A stretch of 64,000 nucleotides of DNA from Candidatus Obscuribacterales bacterium (GTDB lineage Bacteria > Cyanobacteriota > Vampirovibrionia > Obscuribacterales > Obscuribacteraceae). Positions 60,259 through 64,000 of the stretch are shown here, in pieces (the first letter of the stretch is position 1; each line of letters starts with the position of its first letter). The position numbers were made by a program, and so were the translations under genes. The stretch covers positions 576,001 to 640,000 of the forward strand of contig CBDDIJ010000003.1 in NCBI GenBank assembly GCA_965228855.1, read 5' to 3'. The notes beneath the pieces were generated by a model, which was not told the origin of the DNA, made no database searches, and saw only the letters and a program-made list of their open reading frames with translations.

Positions 60259-61350
60259 TCAGTGATTTTTGAATCTGAAATAGTTAGAGCAGGTTCCCTC
60301 TACGGATACCATCGTCGCTCCGATGGGAGTTTCCGGTGTGCAGGCTTTGCCGAACTCCGGGCAATCAGTTGGTTTCTTATTCCCCAGAAGTATTTGATCG
60401 CTTATACATTGGCGGGGTTGCTGCTGTTTAATCTGCCGAGAAACGTCCGGAAACTCTTTCTCAGCGTCGAATGACGAAAATTTTTCAGATAATCCCAACC
60501 CGCTCAGTGGTATCACCCCCAATGCTCTCCATTCGCGGTCGCATGGGCTAAACACTTCGTTCACAACATCTTGCGCTACGTGATTGCCCACGTTCTCGAC
60601 AGCTCTGCTGTATTCGTTTACAACGCTTGGAGACCGACTCTCCAGCAGTTTTACACAAGTTGATAGCGCTTGCAGCAGGTCTATAGGCTCGAACCCTGCC
60701 ACTACAATCGGTATCGAGAAGTCTCTGGATAGTTTCTCGTATTGTTCTAAACCTGCAACAGTACAAACATGGCCCGGTCCAATGAGCGCCTGCACCTTGC
60801 ATTCTGGTTCGCTCAAGACCATGGAGCAGACTGGTGGTACGAGAACCTGTGCGGAGAGCACGAAAAAGTTTTCTAAGCCCATGTTGTGGGCATGTTTAAT
60901 CGCCATTGCATTAGCGGGCGCTGTAGTTTCAAAACCGACGGCAAAAAAAACGACTTTGCGATCTTGATGTTTTTTCGCGAGCTTAACTGCATCGAGCGGC
61001 GAATACACAATTCGGACGTCGGCTCCTTTTGCCTTCGTGGTCAGCAAATCTTCGCTCGTTCCTGGAACGCGGAGCATGTCACCAAAAGTGCATAATATAA
61101 CTTCCGATATATTGGCAATGCCGATTGCCCAGTCGATTAGCTGCACCGGCGTGACGCATACCGGGCAACCCGGACCGTGAACCAGATTTATAGATTCTGG
61201 AAGTAAATCTGGAATGCCGTACCTGAGAATCGTATGTGTTTGACCACCGCAGACTTCCATGATGGTCCATGGTTGTGTGCAAGCAACTTCAATTTCTTTC
61301 GAGATCTTCTTTGCCAACTCCAGGTCGCGGTACTCGTCGACATACTTCAT
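60259..61350 (-). CDS. hypD: Hydrogenase maturation scaffold HypD
   Basis: MEVCGGQTH, GPGCPVC, GFETT, PGHVC, C-terminal Cys cluster; ATG 61350 forms an ATGA overlap with the upstream gene. Confidence 0.97.
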   Translation of the reverse strand: MKYVDEYRDLELAKKISKEIEVACTQPWTIMEVCGGQTHTILRYGIPDLLPESINLVHGPGCPVCVTPVQLIDWAIGIANISEVILCTFGDMLRVPGTSEDLLTTKAKGADVRIVYSPLDAVKLAKKHQDRKVVFFAVGFETTAPANAMAIKHAHNMGLENFFVLSAQVLVPPVCSMVLSEPECKVQALIGPGHVCTVAGLEQYEKLSRDFSIPIVVAGFEPIDLLQALSTCVKLLESRSPSVVNEYSRAVENVGNHVAQDVVNEVFSPCDREWRALGVIPLSGLGLSEKFSSFDAEKEFPDVSRQIKQQQPRQCISDQILLGNKKPTDCPEFGKACTPETPIGATMVSVEGTCSNYFRFKNH

Positions 61351-62663
61351 AGCCAAGGTACTCCAGCCGCTTCTTTTTCGAGCGTCTCCCTGAAGTCCGG
61401 GTGAGCGATGCCGATGAGGGCTTTTGCTCGCGCTTTCAAATCTTTGCCCCAGAGATCAGCGATACCATATTCGGTTACAACATAATGGACGTCGCCACGT
61501 GATGTCACAACACCGCTTCCTCTGCTGAGATGCGTTACAAGCCTAGACACGCTACCGTTTTTAGCAGTTGATGGTAACGCGATAATCGGTCTTCCGTGCG
61601 TGGACCGCGCAGCACCTCTAATGAAATCTACTTGACCTCCGAAACCGCTGTACAGCTGCTCGCCGACGGAGTCTGCACAAATTTGTCCGCTCAGATCCAC
61701 CTGAAGGGCAGAGTTTATGGCTGTCATTTTGTTGTTCTGCGCGATGATGGAGGGGTCGTTTATATAATCGCTTGTTTGAAATTCAATTAGCGGGTTGTTG
61801 TCCACAAAGTCGTACAGTCGCTTTGAACCCATAACAAAAGACACTGCGATCTTTCCAGGCAAAACGCTTTTCTTATCGTTGGTAACAATGCCTGCTTCGA
61901 CAAGGTCGAGTACACCATCAGAGAACATCTCACTATGAATACCGAGATCCTTCTTGTCCATCAAGCATCGCAAAACAGCATCGGGTATTTCGCCGATACC
62001 CATCTGCAAAGTAGCACCATCATCTACTAGTGACGCCACGTTCTTTCCGATAGCTAACGACACTTCATCTGGTGGCTTACTTATGTGCTCCGGGAGCGGT
62101 CGATCTGTTTCAACAATATAGTCGAGCCTGCTCACGTGAACGAAGGAGCGTCCGAGCGTTCGAGGCATTTGTTTATTCACCTCAGCGATGACAATTTTTG
62201 CAGCCTTCCTGGCCGCAAGCGTGCAATCGACCGAGACGCCGAAACTGCAGTATCCATGCTGATCTGGGGGCGAAACTTGGATGAGGCAAACATCAAGAGG
62301 TCGTTTGCCTGAGAGAAACAACGTCGGAATTTCGCTCAGAAACATGGGTGTGTAACTTGCTCTGCCTTCGTTAACCGCTTGTCTAACATTGGCGCCTATG
62401 AACAGCGCGTGTACGTGGAAGGAATCTTTAAATTCCTTCTCCGTATACTTTGCCGGACCCATAGTGAGGATGTGATAGATTTCGACGTTCTTCAACTCGC
62501 CGGCGCGAGCGACAAGTGCGTCAATCAGAGGAACAGGCGCTGCCGCGTTGGAATGGACGTAGATACTCTGGTCCGAGTGAATCTGCCTAACCGCCTCTTC
62601 TGCGGACACGACCTTGCTCTTATATTCGTCCAACCACGTCTTTCTGATATTCGCGACCGTCAT
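61347..62663 (-). CDS. Acetyl-CoA hydrolase / 4-hydroxybutyrate CoA-transferase family protein
   Basis: IAEVN..MPRT, TLQMGIG.IP, HSEMFSDG (catalytic Glu), GGQVDF.RGA, VVTEYGIA, LI.IAHP.FR. Confidence 0.95.
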   Translation of the reverse strand: MTVANIRKTWLDEYKSKVVSAEEAVRQIHSDQSIYVHSNAAAPVPLIDALVARAGELKNVEIYHILTMGPAKYTEKEFKDSFHVHALFIGANVRQAVNEGRASYTPMFLSEIPTLFLSGKRPLDVCLIQVSPPDQHGYCSFGVSVDCTLAARKAAKIVIAEVNKQMPRTLGRSFVHVSRLDYIVETDRPLPEHISKPPDEVSLAIGKNVASLVDDGATLQMGIGEIPDAVLRCLMDKKDLGIHSEMFSDGVLDLVEAGIVTNDKKSVLPGKIAVSFVMGSKRLYDFVDNNPLIEFQTSDYINDPSIIAQNNKMTAINSALQVDLSGQICADSVGEQLYSGFGGQVDFIRGAARSTHGRPIIALPSTAKNGSVSRLVTHLSRGSGVVTSRGDVHYVVTEYGIADLWGKDLKARAKALIGIAHPDFRETLEKEAAGVPWL

Positions 62664-62681
62664 AAAGTCCTCGTCATTGCT

Positions 62682-62984
<303 letters not shown>

Positions 62985-62995
62985 TATTTTAATCC

Positions 62996-64000
62996 TCAGT
63001 CGACAAGTCTATCAGGTTCCCACATTCCAAGGTGACTTAACGCCGCGACCGCTTGACCGAGGGACAGGCCTCCGTCATTGATTGGTACCAGGCGGTTCCA
63101 GTAGACTTTGAATCCTGCGTCTCTCAGCTGAAAAATGGACATCTCCAACAGTAGTCGATTTTGAAAAACACCACCCGACAGACAGACAGTATTGAGATTT
63201 TGTCGGTCTCTAATCTCTTTGCAAACCTCTAGAATCATTGTTGCGGTCCAGTCGTGAAACCTTGTCGAAATCTCTCCTATGCTCTTGCCCTCAGCTAGAT
63301 CAAACAGAACGTCTGAAATGACTCCAGTTGTGTCGATGTCTAAGAACGGTTGCGGCTGCCATGGAGCGGTCGATGCACCAGCTTCTCTCCGCTGAAGAAC
63401 CAATGAATATTCGCCACCTATGCGACGACTCAGTGGCAGTTCTTGCGAATTAAGAAACAGCTCGGCCTCTCGCTGGAGCAAAACTGCCGCGTGACCCTCA
63501 TACTGATTGATATCGCATATTCCAAGCAGGCAGGCTACCGCGTCAAACAGCCGACCACAGCTGGTTGTTCTCGGACTTATGGATGAGTTCGCTACACTTG
63601 TCACATCAGAAACCAGTTTCTCTCCAAAGCGCTCGACCAGTCGTTCCAGAACGCGTTGCCTGCCGGCTGAGTTCTCAACGTTTACCAGAAAGCCCAAAGC
63701 CATCCGCCACGGATCCCTGATTGATGAGTTACCTCCAGGCATTTTTACCGGTTTTAATGCTGCTATTCTTGTAAATTTCGCCAGTGTACACAGCAGAAAC
63801 TCGCCGCCCCAAATGTTTCCGTCGGTACCATAACCGGTACCATCGAAAGCCACACCGATAACGGTATCATCCACGTGATTCTCCGCCATACAACTCACCA
63901 CATGCGCAAAGTGGTGTTGCACCGGTATCACCTTTTCTATCAAGTCTACCGAAAACGGAGGAGTGTCTTTCCTGGAAAGCCAGTTTGAAACGATTCTACT
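62996..64000 (-). CDS. hypF: Carbamoyltransferase HypF (3' part; starts beyond window)
   Basis: QHHFAH, FDGTGYG.DG..WGGE, TSCGRLFDA, LSGGVFQN, P.NDGGLSLGQ; frame open to position 64000. Confidence 0.97.
   Translation of the reverse strand, partial: SRIVSNWLSRKDTPPFSVDLIEKVIPVQHHFAHVVSCMAENHVDDTVIGVAFDGTGYGTDGNIWGGEFLLCTLAKFTRIAALKPVKMPGGNSSIRDPWRMALGFLVNVENSAGRQRVLERLVERFGEKLVSDVTSVANSSISPRTTSCGRLFDAVACLLGICDINQYEGHAAVLLQREAELFLNSQELPLSRRIGGEYSLVLQRREAGASTAPWQPQPFLDIDTTGVISDVLFDLAEGKSIGEISTRFHDWTATMILEVCKEIRDRQNLNTVCLSGGVFQNRLLLEMSIFQLRDAGFKVYWNRLVPINDGGLSLGQAVAALSHLGMWEPDRLVD

Overview
This 64-kb window is gene-dense bacterial chromosome. I found no rRNA, tRNA, CRISPR array, transposase, integrase or prophage. 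The gene style suggests a non-photosynthetic cyanobacterial relative (Vampirovibrionia/Melainabacteria, e.g. Obscuribacterales): TPR-caspase, TPR/WG-repeat proteins, Cph1/Rcp1-like signalling, a cytochrome c6-like protein, ArgR and no photosynthesis genes. That assignment is inference only. From left to right the window holds: partial queC, a Bpt/ATE-type aminoacyl transferase, an exported alpha/beta hydrolase and a GH1 beta-glucosidase; four universal stress proteins around an OmpR-type two-component system; a subtilase, an NTT/AAA-family transporter and MscS; an operon with an esterase and three different amide-bond ligases; an apparently exported proteolysis-related block (TPR-caspase, nucleophile-less hydrolase, TonB-C protein, signal-peptide-bearing TldD/TldE); RidA and tandem TPR-DUF1266 paralogs; a class III aminotransferase and a REC-PAS kinase with a REC-LRV regulator; relBE with a visible operator and tandem TPR-WG paralogs; argR-C-J-B with tandem ARG boxes; a SWIM-SNF2 helicase; USP plus cytochrome c6-like protein; and the hydrogenase maturation operon hypF-hypC-[CoA-transferase]-hypD-hypE, where hypC carries a perfect (GAA)16 tract. 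The best candidates for undescribed biology are the CoA-transferase translationally coupled inside the hyp operon, the three-ligase operon and the exported caspase/TldDE block. All family calls come from motif recognition by eye; no database search was run.
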